A DNA stretch of 64,000 bases from NCBI GenBank assembly GCA_963761125.1, contig CAVXFV010000004.1, positions 264,544-328,543 on the forward strand, read 5' to 3'. This DNA comes from Candidatus Latescibacterota bacterium (GTDB taxonomy: Bacteria; Krumholzibacteriota; Krumholzibacteriia; WVZY01; JAKEHA01). The notes beneath the pieces are model-generated. The model had not been told where the DNA came from. It saw only the letters and a program-made list of their open reading frames with translations, and did no database searches. The position numbers and the translations under genes were made by a program. Below are positions 9,391-18,874 of this stretch, one piece after another; position 1 is the first letter of the stretch, and every line of letters starts with the position of its first letter.

Positions 9391-10779
9391 CGTCGGCACG
9401 AGTCCATTCGGGCCGACGCGCAGGATGTCGAGGTCTCCGGCGGTGTCGTTGCCGAAGTCTTCCCAGGTGACGAACGCCCCGCCGGACCCATCCGGGGCCA
9501 CGGCGACGAAGGACTGCTGGCCCGCGGCGGTCACCAGACCGACGCCGTCGGCCGTCCATTTGGTCGTGCCCGACGCGTCGATGAGTTGCGCGTAGACGTC
9601 GTAGCTGGTCGACCCGCGATTGTCATTCCACGCCACGATGGCGTCACCGCCATCGTCCGAGGTGATTGCAGGGTCGGACGCATGATCGTTGGTCGTCAGT
9701 GCGACGCCGTTGGGAGACCACTGGGTGACCCCCGACGCGTTGAGTCGCTGGGCGTAGACGTTGTAGTGAGTACCATTTCCAATATCCGTCCATGCGATGA
9801 ATGCCCCGCCGGTTCCATCGGAGGCGACCGTCGGAAACGTCTGCTCGTGCCCCGTCATCGCGACGGCGACGCCGTTGCCAATCCACTGCACGTCGCCCGA
9901 TGCGTCCACCCGCTGGGCGTAGACGGTGTAGTTGGACCCGCTCCGATAGTCTTCCCACGCGACGATCGCGCCGCCCGCTCCGTCCGACACCGCGGCCGGG
10001 GTATCTTGATCGGATGCCGCCGTACAGAGTGCGACACCGTCGGTCGTCCACCGGACGGCGCCGGTGTGGTCGATCCACTGGGCGTACACGTCGAAATCGT
10101 TGCCGCCCCGAATGTCGTACCACGTGACGATGGCTCCGTTGGTGTTATGCGCGACAACGTCGCCCGTGAACTGATCACCGGTGGCCGTGCACAGCGGGAC
10201 GCCTTCGGCGGCCCACTGGATCGTGCCCGCGATATCGATGCTCTGGGCGTAGACGTCGGAATCGTTTCCGTTGCGACCGTCGTCCCACACGACGAGCGCG
10301 TCGCCCGACCCGGTGGGAACGAGCCGGGCGCGGTGTTCACCGCTGCCGGCCGTGCACACGGGAATGCCGTCGGTCGCCCACTGAACGTCGCCCGAGGTCA
10401 GGATCCGCTGGACGTAGGCGTGCGGGTCTCCGCTTCGAAAGTCGTCCCAGGCGACGATCACTCCGCCCCGTCCGTCCGACATGAGTGCGGGGTTCAATTG
10501 ATTGCCCGGAGCGGCGCAGAGGACGACGCCGTTGGTCCCCCACTGCGGGGTCCCGGAGCCGTCGAAACGCTGGGCGTAGATGTCGTAGTCGACACCGTTG
10601 CGGTGATCCGTCCACACGACCATCGCCCCGCCCACACCGATCGGCATGACCGCCTGGTTGTTCTGGGCGCCCGTTGCGTTGCATATGAGAACGCCCCCGG
10701 GGGTCCACTGGGCCCGCGCGGCCACCGGAAGAACGAACGTGCAGGGGAGTAGCAACGCGAGCAGAACCCGGATATTCAT
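9088..10779 (-). CDS. DIYAQR-repeat secreted protein with T9SS-type C-terminal domain, paralogue C (intact)
   Basis: Start trimmed to ATG 10779 (MNIRVLLALLLPCTFVLPVAARAQW). Eight repeats. CTD: NYPNPFSAATTIDLTLRDAEPVRVEVFDVAGRRVR...SGVYFYRVHAGREAVTRKMVIDR. Confidence 0.9.
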   Translation of the reverse strand: MNIRVLLALLLPCTFVLPVAARAQWTPGGVLICNATGAQNNQAVMPIGVGGAMVVWTDHRNGVDYDIYAQRFDGSGTPQWGTNGVVLCAAPGNQLNPALMSDGRGGVIVAWDDFRSGDPHAYVQRILTSGDVQWATDGIPVCTAGSGEHRARLVPTGSGDALVVWDDGRNGNDSDVYAQSIDIAGTIQWAAEGVPLCTATGDQFTGDVVAHNTNGAIVTWYDIRGGNDFDVYAQWIDHTGAVRWTTDGVALCTAASDQDTPAAVSDGAGGAIVAWEDYRSGSNYTVYAQRVDASGDVQWIGNGVAVAMTGHEQTFPTVASDGTGGAFIAWTDIGNGTHYNVYAQRLNASGVTQWSPNGVALTTNDHASDPAITSDDGGDAIVAWNDNRGSTSYDVYAQLIDASGTTKWTADGVGLVTAAGQQSFVAVAPDGSGGAFVTWEDFGNDTAGDLDILRVGPNGLVPTGVHDTPSASTIALSANYPNPFSAATTIDLTLRDAEPVRVEVFDVAGRRVREIEVGRLQAGESRLVFDGMDDAAHALPSGVYFYRVHAGREAVTRKMVIDR

Positions 10780-11180
10780 CTGCGGCCTCCAGGGCGACGA
10801 ACGCGCGGTGTCGGCGACCGCCATGTTGAAAGAAGCGGCGCCCGGCCGACGGTGCGGGCGCGCGGACTCGATGTCTCTACCGGTCGATGACCATCTTGCG
10901 CGTGACGGTTTCGCTTCCCGCGTGCACGCGATAGAAATACACGCCACTCGGGAGTGCGTGCGCGGCGTCGTCCATCCCGTCGAACACGAGCCGCGACTCG
11001 CCCGCCTGCAGGCGACCGACTACGATCGCACGCACGCGGCGACCGGCCACATCGAAGACCTCGACACGCACGGGTTCCGCGTCGCGCAAGGTGAGGTCGA
11101 TCGTCGTGGCGCCGGAGAATGGATTGGGATAGTTCGCCGAGAGCGCGATCGTGGACGCGGACGGCGTATCGTGAACGCCC
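10768..11180. repeat. ~410-nt direct repeat, copy 2 (5' end and leader of C + C-terminal domain of D)
   Basis: See copy 1. The offset between the copies is ~1790 nt, one array unit. Confidence 0.8.
10805..10852 (-). promoter_or_regulatory. conserved bipartite leader motif, copy 2 (upstream of paralogue C)
   Basis: Identical elements at 10805-10822 and 10841-10852. Confidence 0.5.
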
Positions 11181-12571
11181 GTCGGAAGCGCCCCGTCGGG
11201 GTTCACGCGCAACGCATAGACGTCGTAGTCCGCGCCGTTGCGGTGGTCCTGCCAGGCGACGACCGCGCCGCCGGCCCCGTCGGAGATGATCGCGTTCGGC
11301 CGCTGATTGAACGCCGCGGTCGAGAGCGCCACGCCGTCGTCGGCCCATTGTGTGGCCCCCGACGCGTCGACCCGCTGGGCGTACACGTCGTCGGTGCCAT
11401 TGCGACCGTCGCGCCACGCGGCGATCGCTCCACCGTTACCGTCCTCGACGATCAATGGCGAGGACTGGCTGTTCGCGGCGGTACAGAGCGCGACGCCGTT
11501 GGCGGTCCACTGGACCGCACCCGAGACGTTGATACGCTGCGCGTAGATGTCGTAGTTGCCGTCGCGGTCGTCGAACCACGTCACGATCGCCCCGGTGGTT
11601 CCGTCGGAAACGATCCGGGGAGCGAACTGAGTGTTCGTGGTGGCACTCACGGCGACCCCGTTTGCGGCCCACTGGACCGCGCCCGAGGCATTGACGCGCT
11701 GCGCGTAGACGTCATAGTCCACGCCGTTGCGCCGGTCTTCCCAGGTGACGATCGCCCCGCCGGATCCGTCCGAGGCGAGCGCGGGAACGAGTTGAAGGTC
11801 GGCGGCGGTGCAGAGGGGAACCGCACTCGATTGCCACTGGATCGCCCCCGACTCATTGATGCGCTGCGCGTAGATGTCGGAGGTCCCGCTTCGCGAGTCC
11901 TGCCAGGCGATGATCGCTCCGCCGCTGTCATCGGCGATCATCTCCGGGAAGTTCTGAACACCCGTGGTGGCACACACCGGCACGCCGTCGGTCGTCCACT
12001 GAACCACGCCGAAGCCGTCGATGCGCTGCGCGTAGATATCGGCGATGTCGACCCGGCCGTCGAACCACGTCACGATCGCACCGCCGACCCCATCCGGGAT
12101 CATCCGAATGCTGCCCTGATCGCCCGTCGCCGTGCACAGGGCGACGCCGACGCCGGCCCTCGTCATCCACAGGACCGCTCCCGACGCGTCGATGCGCTGC
12201 GCGTAGAGATCGTTGCCGGCCACACCCTGATAATTCTGCCAGGCGATGATCGCTCCGCCGGCGCCGTCCGAGGCGATCGCCGGGTTCAACTCCTCGTTGG
12301 GGCCGGTGGTCACGGGAACACCGTTGGTTGTCCACAGAATCCCGCCCGACGCGTTGATGCGTTGTGCGTAGATGTCGTTGCTGGTCGTGCTTCGACGGTC
12401 GTGCCAGACGATGATCACGCCGCCGGCGCCGTCGGACGCGAGCACCGGAGAAATCTGATCGCCCGCAAGGGTCGCGACGCCGGTCCCGTCAGTCACCCAT
12501 TGGGCGAGCGACGCGACCGGTCGGACGAGGCACGAAAGCAGCAACAGTGGGAGCAGGACCCGAGTATTCAT
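10877..12571 (-). CDS. DIYAQR-repeat secreted protein, paralogue D (intact)
   Basis: Start trimmed to ATG 12571 (MNTRVLLPLLLLSCLVRPVASLAQW). Eight repeats. The CTD is nearly identical to that of C. Confidence 0.9.
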   Translation of the reverse strand: MNTRVLLPLLLLSCLVRPVASLAQWVTDGTGVATLAGDQISPVLASDGAGGVIIVWHDRRSTTSNDIYAQRINASGGILWTTNGVPVTTGPNEELNPAIASDGAGGAIIAWQNYQGVAGNDLYAQRIDASGAVLWMTRAGVGVALCTATGDQGSIRMIPDGVGGAIVTWFDGRVDIADIYAQRIDGFGVVQWTTDGVPVCATTGVQNFPEMIADDSGGAIIAWQDSRSGTSDIYAQRINESGAIQWQSSAVPLCTAADLQLVPALASDGSGGAIVTWEDRRNGVDYDVYAQRVNASGAVQWAANGVAVSATTNTQFAPRIVSDGTTGAIVTWFDDRDGNYDIYAQRINVSGAVQWTANGVALCTAANSQSSPLIVEDGNGGAIAAWRDGRNGTDDVYAQRVDASGATQWADDGVALSTAAFNQRPNAIISDGAGGAVVAWQDHRNGADYDVYALRVNPDGALPTGVHDTPSASTIALSANYPNPFSGATTIDLTLRDAEPVRVEVFDVAGRRVRAIVVGRLQAGESRLVFDGMDDAAHALPSGVYFYRVHAGSETVTRKMVIDR

Positions 12572-12597
12572 CTGCGGCCTCCAGACACGACAAACGC

Positions 12598-12646
12598 GCG
12601 GTGTCGGCGACCGCCAACGATGCGGGGAACGGGCCCCGGCCGACGG
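12598..12646 (-). promoter_or_regulatory. conserved bipartite leader motif, copy 3 (upstream of paralogue D)
   Basis: GCGGTGTCGGCGACCGCC at 12598-12615 and CCCGGCCGACGG at 12635-12646. The spacer sequence differs from copies 1 and 2. Confidence 0.5.
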
Positions 12647-12666
12647 CTTCGGGGCCTCGCGTGTAG

Positions 12667-14364
12667 TTACCGGTCGATCACCATTTTTCGGGTGACCGTT
12701 TCGCCGCCGGCGTGCACGCGAAAGAAGTACACACCACTTGGCAAATAGTTGGCGTGGTTGTCCATGCCGTCGAACCTGAGTTCCGACGTTCCGGCGCCGC
12801 GCCGGCCGATGTCCATCTCGCGCACCCGGCGACCGGCCACATCGAAGACCTCGACGCGCACGGGTTCCTCGTCGCGAAGTGTCAGGTCGACGACGGTTTC
12901 GCCGGAAAACGGATTGGGATAGTTGGGCGACAGCGTCAACTCCGACGCACGCGGCGTATTGTGGACCCCCGTTGGAATCGTTCCGTCTGGAGTGACTCGC
13001 AGCGCGTAGATGTCGTAACTCGATCCGCCGCGAAAGTCCTGCCAGGCTCCGATCGCGCCGAAGCTGCCGTCGGACGCGAGGACCGGGTTCGTCTGGTCGT
13101 TCGCGGACGAACACAGCGTGACGCCATTGGTCGTCCACTGCACGACTCCGGTTGCATCCACGCGTTGCGCATAGACGTCGTAGTCCGTCGTGTTTCGATG
13201 GTCCTGCCACGCGATGATCGCGCCGCCGGCACCGTCCGAAACGACGGAGGGGAAGAGCTGATAGTCGGCGGCGGTGCAAACGGGGACTCCGTCTCCGGTC
13301 CAGAGGTTGACGCCGGACGCGTTCACGCGTTGTGTGTAGATGTCGTAGAAGCCGCTCGAGCGACCGTCAGCCCACGCCATAATCGCGCCGCCGGCGCCGT
13401 CCGAGGTGGCGCTCCCGATAGCCTGCGGACCCGGGGCGGTGCACACCGGAACGCCGTCGGTGGGCCACTGCGCCACCGCGGATCCGTTGATGCGCTGCGC
13501 GTAGATGTCTTCGTCCGCGTTTCGAAAGTCGTGCCACATGACGATCGCACCGCCGGCGTCGTCCGATGCGATAAAGGGCGTGGCCTCCTGGGCGGCGTTG
13601 GGGCACAGACGGGCGCCGTCGGTCGTCCACTGGACGGCTCCGGACGCGTCGATGCGCTGCATGTAGACGTAGGCGGCGGTTCCGTTGCGAATGTCGATCC
13701 AGACGATGATCGCGCCGCCTGTCCCGTCGGACACGATCTTGGGATACTGCTGGTCGAGCGCGGCGACGCACAGGGGAACGCCATCGGTCGTCCACTGCAC
13801 GACACCCGCCCCGTCGATCCGCTGCGCATAGATGTCGTAGTTCGAGCCGTTGCGATCGTCTTCCCAGGTGACGATCGCACCGCCGGTCCCGTCCGGGGCG
13901 AGGGTCAGGCGGTCGGAACTGGCAGCGGCCGTGCATAGCGCGACGCCGTTGGCCGTCCACTGCACGACGCCCGCGCTGTTGATCCGCTGCGCGTAGATGT
14001 CCACCCCGGTGGTGTTGAGATTGCGACGGTCCTCCCACGCGATGACGGCCCCGCCGGCGCCGTCTTCGACCATCGCCTGCGCGAGCTGGTCGTTCGTCGC
14101 CGTGCACACGGCCACGCCGTTGCTGGTCCACTGCACCATGCCGAACGCATTGACCCGCTGCGCGTAGATATCGCTGTTACGAACGCGGAGGTCTTGCCAC
14201 GCGACGATCGCACCGCCGGATCCGTCCGGGACGATCGTGGCGTGGGTCTGATCGTTGGGGACGATGCAGAGGCCGTTCCCGTTGGTCAGCCACTGCGCGT
14301 GCACCGCGATCGGTTGCAGGAAATACGCGGACAAGAGCATTACCGTTGCGAGTCTGAGTTTCAT
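12667..14364 (-). CDS. DIYAQR-repeat secreted protein, paralogue E (intact)
   Basis: 565 aa. Signal peptide MKLRLATVMLLSAYFLQPIAVHAQW. Repeats DIYAQRVNAFG ... DIYALRVTPDG. CTD: NYPNPFSGETVVDL...SGVYFFRVHAGGETVTRKMVIDR. It starts 19 nt after the stop of F. Confidence 0.9.
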   Translation of the reverse strand: MKLRLATVMLLSAYFLQPIAVHAQWLTNGNGLCIVPNDQTHATIVPDGSGGAIVAWQDLRVRNSDIYAQRVNAFGMVQWTSNGVAVCTATNDQLAQAMVEDGAGGAVIAWEDRRNLNTTGVDIYAQRINSAGVVQWTANGVALCTAAASSDRLTLAPDGTGGAIVTWEDDRNGSNYDIYAQRIDGAGVVQWTTDGVPLCVAALDQQYPKIVSDGTGGAIIVWIDIRNGTAAYVYMQRIDASGAVQWTTDGARLCPNAAQEATPFIASDDAGGAIVMWHDFRNADEDIYAQRINGSAVAQWPTDGVPVCTAPGPQAIGSATSDGAGGAIMAWADGRSSGFYDIYTQRVNASGVNLWTGDGVPVCTAADYQLFPSVVSDGAGGAIIAWQDHRNTTDYDVYAQRVDATGVVQWTTNGVTLCSSANDQTNPVLASDGSFGAIGAWQDFRGGSSYDIYALRVTPDGTIPTGVHNTPRASELTLSPNYPNPFSGETVVDLTLRDEEPVRVEVFDVAGRRVREMDIGRRGAGTSELRFDGMDNHANYLPSGVYFFRVHAGGETVTRKMVIDR

Positions 14365-14383
14365 GAGAGCCCTCCAGGCCGCC

Positions 14384-16805
14384 TCATCGCGTGATCAACA
14401 TTTTACGCGTGACGGTTTCGCCGTGCGCGGTGACGCGGTAGAAATACACGCCGCTCGCGAGTGCCGCGCCGTGCGCGTCGGTCCCGGCGAAGCGCACCGA
14501 CTGCCAGCCCGCGACCCCCGCGACGTCCATCGTCCGCACGCGGTGGCCCGCGACGTCGTACACCTCGACCTTGATCGAAGCCGCCGCCGGCAGTCCCACC
14601 TGCAACTCCGTCTCCGCGGTGAACGGATTGGGATGGTTCTGCAGCACGGTGAGTGCGGTGATCGAGGGCGTGTTGCCGACGTTGGTCGTGGCACTCACAC
14701 TCGCTTCATTCGACGGCGTGCTCTGGTTCGCATGCACGTCGGTGGCGGTGACGATATAATAGAGCGTCGTCGTCGGTGCGCCCGCGTCCACGAGTACCGA
14801 GTCGCTGTCTTCCGCGAGGAAGTTGCCGGGGATCGGCGTGACACCCGAAGCCGTCGCGCGGTACACGGCGTAGTCCTTGAGATCCGGAACGTGCACGCGG
14901 TTCCATTTGAGCATGCACGTCGGCGCCCACGCGCTGCGCGGTCAGATACAGCGGCGCCGCGGGCGCGAGGTTGTCCACGGAGTGGCCGCTCATCACATTC
15001 GATGGCCAGTTGATGTACGCGCTGTTGTACGCATGCGCGACCACCTGGAACTGGTGGGTCGCCGGACTGGCGGCTGTGGAGTCGTACTTCGTCGGCGCCG
15101 TGAAGGAGTAGGCGGCTCGGTAGATCGCGGACTGGTTTCCGACGAGCTCCCAGAAGTAGTCCGATGTCGTCGTCTTTTCCTCGCGGATCGCCGGCCCCGA
15201 AAAGTCGGCACCGACATCGACGAGCTTCACCTTCGGCACACCGTCTTCGGACGCGGCCATCGCCGCGGCCGCGTCGGTCGCGCGCCATATGGAATAATGG
15301 CTGATCACCTGCTGGTTCAGCGCGTCGCGGCCGCTCGCGTAGAAGTCGAGGGTGACCGCTCCGCCCTGGTCGCCGGGGACGTCGCTCACCGCGGACAAGA
15401 CCGGCTCGGGGGTCCCGTAGTACCCGTAGCGACCGTCGATGCGTTGTGCGTAGATGTCGTATGTAGTACCGCTCCGGTCATCCTGCCAGGCGATGATGGC
15501 GCCACCGTTTCCGTTGGAGACGATTGACAGAAGGTACTGCAGGTTGGTAGATGTGCAAACCGGCGCGCCGTCAGCGGCCCACAGCGTCGTTCCCGATAGG
15601 TCGATCCGCTGCGCGTAGACGTCACCGGAGGCCGCGCGATAGTCCTGCCACGCCACGATCGCGCCACCCGCGCTGTCCCCGACGATACAGGGACCGGTCT
15701 GATCGCCCGATGCGATGCTTAGCGCGACGCCATCGCCGGCCCACTGCACGGTCCCCGAGGCGCTGATACGCTGCGCGTAGATGTCATAGGTCACGGCCGA
15801 GCGATAGTCCTGCCACGCCACGACCGCTCCCCCGGCGCCGTCCGACGACACCACCGGGCTGTACTGAGCGTTGGCGGCCGCACATACGCGAAGGCCGCCC
15901 GCCGTCCACCGGTCGGCACCCGATGCATTGAGCCGCTGGGCATAGATGTCCGGCGAGTTTGCGTTTCGACTGTCATTCCACGCGACGATCGCCCCGCCGC
16001 TGCCGTCCGCAGCGATCGACGCGCTGGACTGATCGTACGCGAATGCGGCGAAAGCGATGCCGTTGGCCGTCCACTGGGCGATGCCGGAGGCATTGACTCG
16101 CTGGGCGTAAAGATCGTAGTTGGTCCCGTTGCGAAAATCGGCCCACACCCCGATCGCCCCGCCGGAGCCGTCCGACGTGATCGCGAGACCCGACTGATCA
16201 CCGGTGACGGCGCACAGGACCACGCCATTGCTCGTCCACTGCGCCACCCCGGACGCATTGATGCGTTGCGCATAGATGTCATAGCCGCCCCCGTTCCGGA
16301 GGTCTTGCCATGCAATGACGGCGCCGCCGGCGCCGTCCGCAACAATCTGCTGACCCGCTTGATTGGCGGAGGCCGTGCATACCGGCACGCCATTTGAAGC
16401 CCATTGCGTCACACCGGAGGCATCGACGCGTTGAGCAAAGATGTCATAGCCCGACGCGCCCCGAAAGCCGTCCCAGGCGATGATCGCCCCGCCCGCGCCA
16501 TCCGAGGTGATCACGGACTCCAACTGACCGTTCGGGTCGGTAGAGATGGGTACGCCGTCGAGCGTCCACAATGGAACACCCGACCCGCTGATCCGCTGGG
16601 CATAGATGTCGCCGTAGATATTGCTTCGGTAGTCGTACCAGGTAACGATAATACCGCCCGCGCCGTCCGAAACGGCTTTCGGGTTGTATTGAAACGAAGC
16701 TGCCGTCGAAACGGGCGTGCCGTTGTAGACCCACTGGGCGCGGGTCGAGACAGGGACGAGAAATTGCAGAACGAGAAATAGCGGAGCCAAGAGCCAGATG
16801 TTCAT
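14384..16805 (-). pseudogene. long-form DIYAQR-repeat protein, paralogue F (8 repeats + ~250-aa extra module with FN3-like segment + CTD); one frame break (~14912-14918)
   Basis: ORF 14706..16862 (start trimmed to ATG 16805, MNIWLLAPLFLVLQFLVPVSTRAQW) runs into ...RVGADVHAQMEP. ORF 14384..14914 continues LKWNRVHVPDLKDYAVYRA...NHPNPFTAETEL...SGVYFYRVTAHGETVTRKMLITR. Removing one base gives GADVQLKWN, as in paralogue H. Confidence 0.8.
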
Positions 16806-16827
16806 CTGCGGCCTCCGGGATGGAGAC

Positions 16828-16892
16828 GCGGTGTCGGTGACCGCCGACTGTATGGAAGGCACCCGGCCGACGGGATTTTCGGGTGTCGACGA
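16828..16892 (-). promoter_or_regulatory. conserved leader motif, copy 4 (upstream of paralogue F), with extra shared box
   Basis: GCGGTGTCGGTGACCGCC at 16828-16845, CCCGGCCGACGG at 16862-16873, TTCGGGTGTCGACGA at 16878-16892. Confidence 0.5.
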
Positions 16893-16982
16893 CCAGGCGG
16901 GAGTCCGCAGACTTCAGGGGGCTCTCGCGTGTTCAACGAGTCTAGCACCGAGGCAGGGCCGCCCGCAACGGGGCAGCGGCGT

Positions 16983-18677
16983 TCAGTGCGTGATTACCAT
17001 TTTGCGCGTGACGGCCTCGTTGCCAGCGTGCACGCGATAAAAGTACACGCCGCTCGGCAGAAAGTTGCCGTGGTCGTCGCGGCCATCGAATGCCATCCGT
17101 CGCGACCCCGCGCCCGGCCGGGTGAGGTCCATCCGCCTGACGAGTCGCCCGGTCACATCGTACACGCGAATGTCGACGTCGGTGTCTCGCGGGAGGTTGA
17201 GGTCGAACGTCGTCTCGTCGGAGAACGGATTGGGGAAGTTCGCAGAGAGCGTCATCTCCGTGAGCGTCGGGGTGTGGCCGACCGGCGTGGGGATCGACCC
17301 GCTCGCATTCAGGCGATGCGCGAAGATGTCGAGATCGGCGTTGCGCGCGTCCTGCCACGCGAGGAACGCGCCGCCGGCGCCGTCCGAGAAGATCGTGGGG
17401 GCTCGCTGCTCCCCGCTCGCGGTGGTGACGACGATGCCGTCGGTCGTCCACTGCGCGGCACCGGACGCGTCGACTCGCTGCGCGTAGAGATCGTACTCAC
17501 CGCCGCGCCGATCCTGCCATGCGACAATCGCTCCGCCGGCACCGTCGGAAGCGGTGCTCGTGCGATCCTGCGCGCCGCTCGCGGCGCAGACTGCCACGCC
17601 GTTCAGCGTCCACTGGGGAGCGCCGGTTGCGTCGATGCGTTGCGCGTAGATATCGGTTCCCGAAACGCGCGAGTCCTCCCACGAGATGACGGCCCCGTTC
17701 GCACCGTCGGTGGCGATGCTCGGGTAGTTCTGGAAGCTCCCTTCGGTGCAGACGGCGGCGTCGCCGGTCCACTGCGCCACTCCGGCGAAGGACACGCGCT
17801 GCGCGTAGATGTCCGCCGAGACCCCGCGATTGTCCTGCCAGGTCGCGATGGCGCCGCCGGCGCCGTCGGAGACCATCTCCAGATTGAACTTGAGTCCGCT
17901 CGACGTGCTGATCGCGGTCCCGTTGGCGCCCCATTGCGGAGTGCCGTCGGAGATCACGCGCTGCGCATACACGTCGTAGTGCGTGAGGCTCCGGAAGTCG
18001 AGCCACACGATCACCGCGCCGCCCGCGCCGTCGGACACGATGCGGGGACCGATCTGGCTTCCCTGGATGACGGCGATTTCGACGCCGTCGGTGAGCCACT
18101 CGACGACGCCCGTCGAATTCACGCGCTGCGCGTAGACATCCGGGGTCGAGAAGTTGTTTCGGTAGTCGTACCACGTGATGATCGCGCCGCCCGCACCGTC
18201 GGATGCGAGTTTGGGAACGAGCTGGTTGCGCGTCGCGGCGCAGATAAGGACTCCGTCGGTGGTCCACTGCGGCACGCCGTCGGCGTCGAGCTTCTGCGCG
18301 TAGATGTCGGCATTGGTGTTGACGCCGTCGGTGCGGCCGTCGTGCCACGCAATGATCGCACCGCCCGTGCCGTCGGGGATGATCGAGGGGATGAGTTGAT
18401 CGTCGGTCGCGACGCACACGGCGACACCGCCCGGGGTCCACTGGGGAACGCCCGCCCCGTTCAGCCTCTGTGCGTAGATGTCGGCCGCGGCGCCGTTTCG
18501 ATAGTCGTACCACGTGACGAACATCCCGCCGGCGCCGTCGGGGCAGGACGCGGTAGAAAGCTGGTTGCCGGTTTCGGTGCAGACACCCAAACCGCCCGAC
18601 TGCCACTGGGCGTGGGCGACGGACGCAACGACGAGCACAACGAGGACGACAACGAGACAGCGGTTCGGGAGTCTCAT
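16983..18677 (-). CDS. DIYAQR-repeat secreted protein, paralogue G (intact)
   Basis: 564 aa. Signal peptide MRLPNRCLVVVLVVLVVASVAHAQW. Eight repeats. CTD: NFPNPFSDETTFDL...SGVYFYRVHAGNEAVTRKMVITH. Confidence 0.9.
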   Translation of the reverse strand: MRLPNRCLVVVLVVLVVASVAHAQWQSGGLGVCTETGNQLSTASCPDGAGGMFVTWYDYRNGAAADIYAQRLNGAGVPQWTPGGVAVCVATDDQLIPSIIPDGTGGAIIAWHDGRTDGVNTNADIYAQKLDADGVPQWTTDGVLICAATRNQLVPKLASDGAGGAIITWYDYRNNFSTPDVYAQRVNSTGVVEWLTDGVEIAVIQGSQIGPRIVSDGAGGAVIVWLDFRSLTHYDVYAQRVISDGTPQWGANGTAISTSSGLKFNLEMVSDGAGGAIATWQDNRGVSADIYAQRVSFAGVAQWTGDAAVCTEGSFQNYPSIATDGANGAVISWEDSRVSGTDIYAQRIDATGAPQWTLNGVAVCAASGAQDRTSTASDGAGGAIVAWQDRRGGEYDLYAQRVDASGAAQWTTDGIVVTTASGEQRAPTIFSDGAGGAFLAWQDARNADLDIFAHRLNASGSIPTPVGHTPTLTEMTLSANFPNPFSDETTFDLNLPRDTDVDIRVYDVTGRLVRRMDLTRPGAGSRRMAFDGRDDHGNFLPSGVYFYRVHAGNEAVTRKMVITH

Positions 18678-18695
18678 TCGGGGCTCTCCTGGTTC

Positions 18696-18732
18696 GGTCA
18701 GTTCAATTCGGGCGGGAGCTTCGGAACTGACC
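18696..18732 (-). promoter_or_regulatory. perfect 9-bp inverted repeat in the leader of paralogue G
   Basis: ggtcagttc (18696-18704) and gaactgacc (18724-18732) flank a 19-nt spacer, 19-55 nt upstream of the G start codon. Function unknown. Confidence 0.3.
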
Positions 18733-18874
18733 GCTCTCGCAGGGAGATCTGTCGAAAAACAATTCTATCACGGCGGCCAGGGTGCCGCCCAGACACCGGG
18801 CGATCGCCACGCCTCCCCCCCGCGATCCCGGACGAAATGGTCCGATTGTTGCTTTCCCGGGACGGCAAATCTCG

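Noticed and set aside
5386-18677. The periodic ~162-nt repetition could be mistaken for a CRISPR array or a satellite.
   Set aside because: The periodicity is in-frame coding repetition (54-aa units) inside ORFs that have signal peptides and sorting domains. There are no short identical direct repeats with unique spacers and no cas genes.
5386-18677. Diversity-generating retroelement or other targeted hypermutation acting on the paralogue family.
   Set aside because: No reverse transcriptase, template repeat or adenine-specific mismatch pattern is visible in the window. Divergence is spread over all repeat positions.
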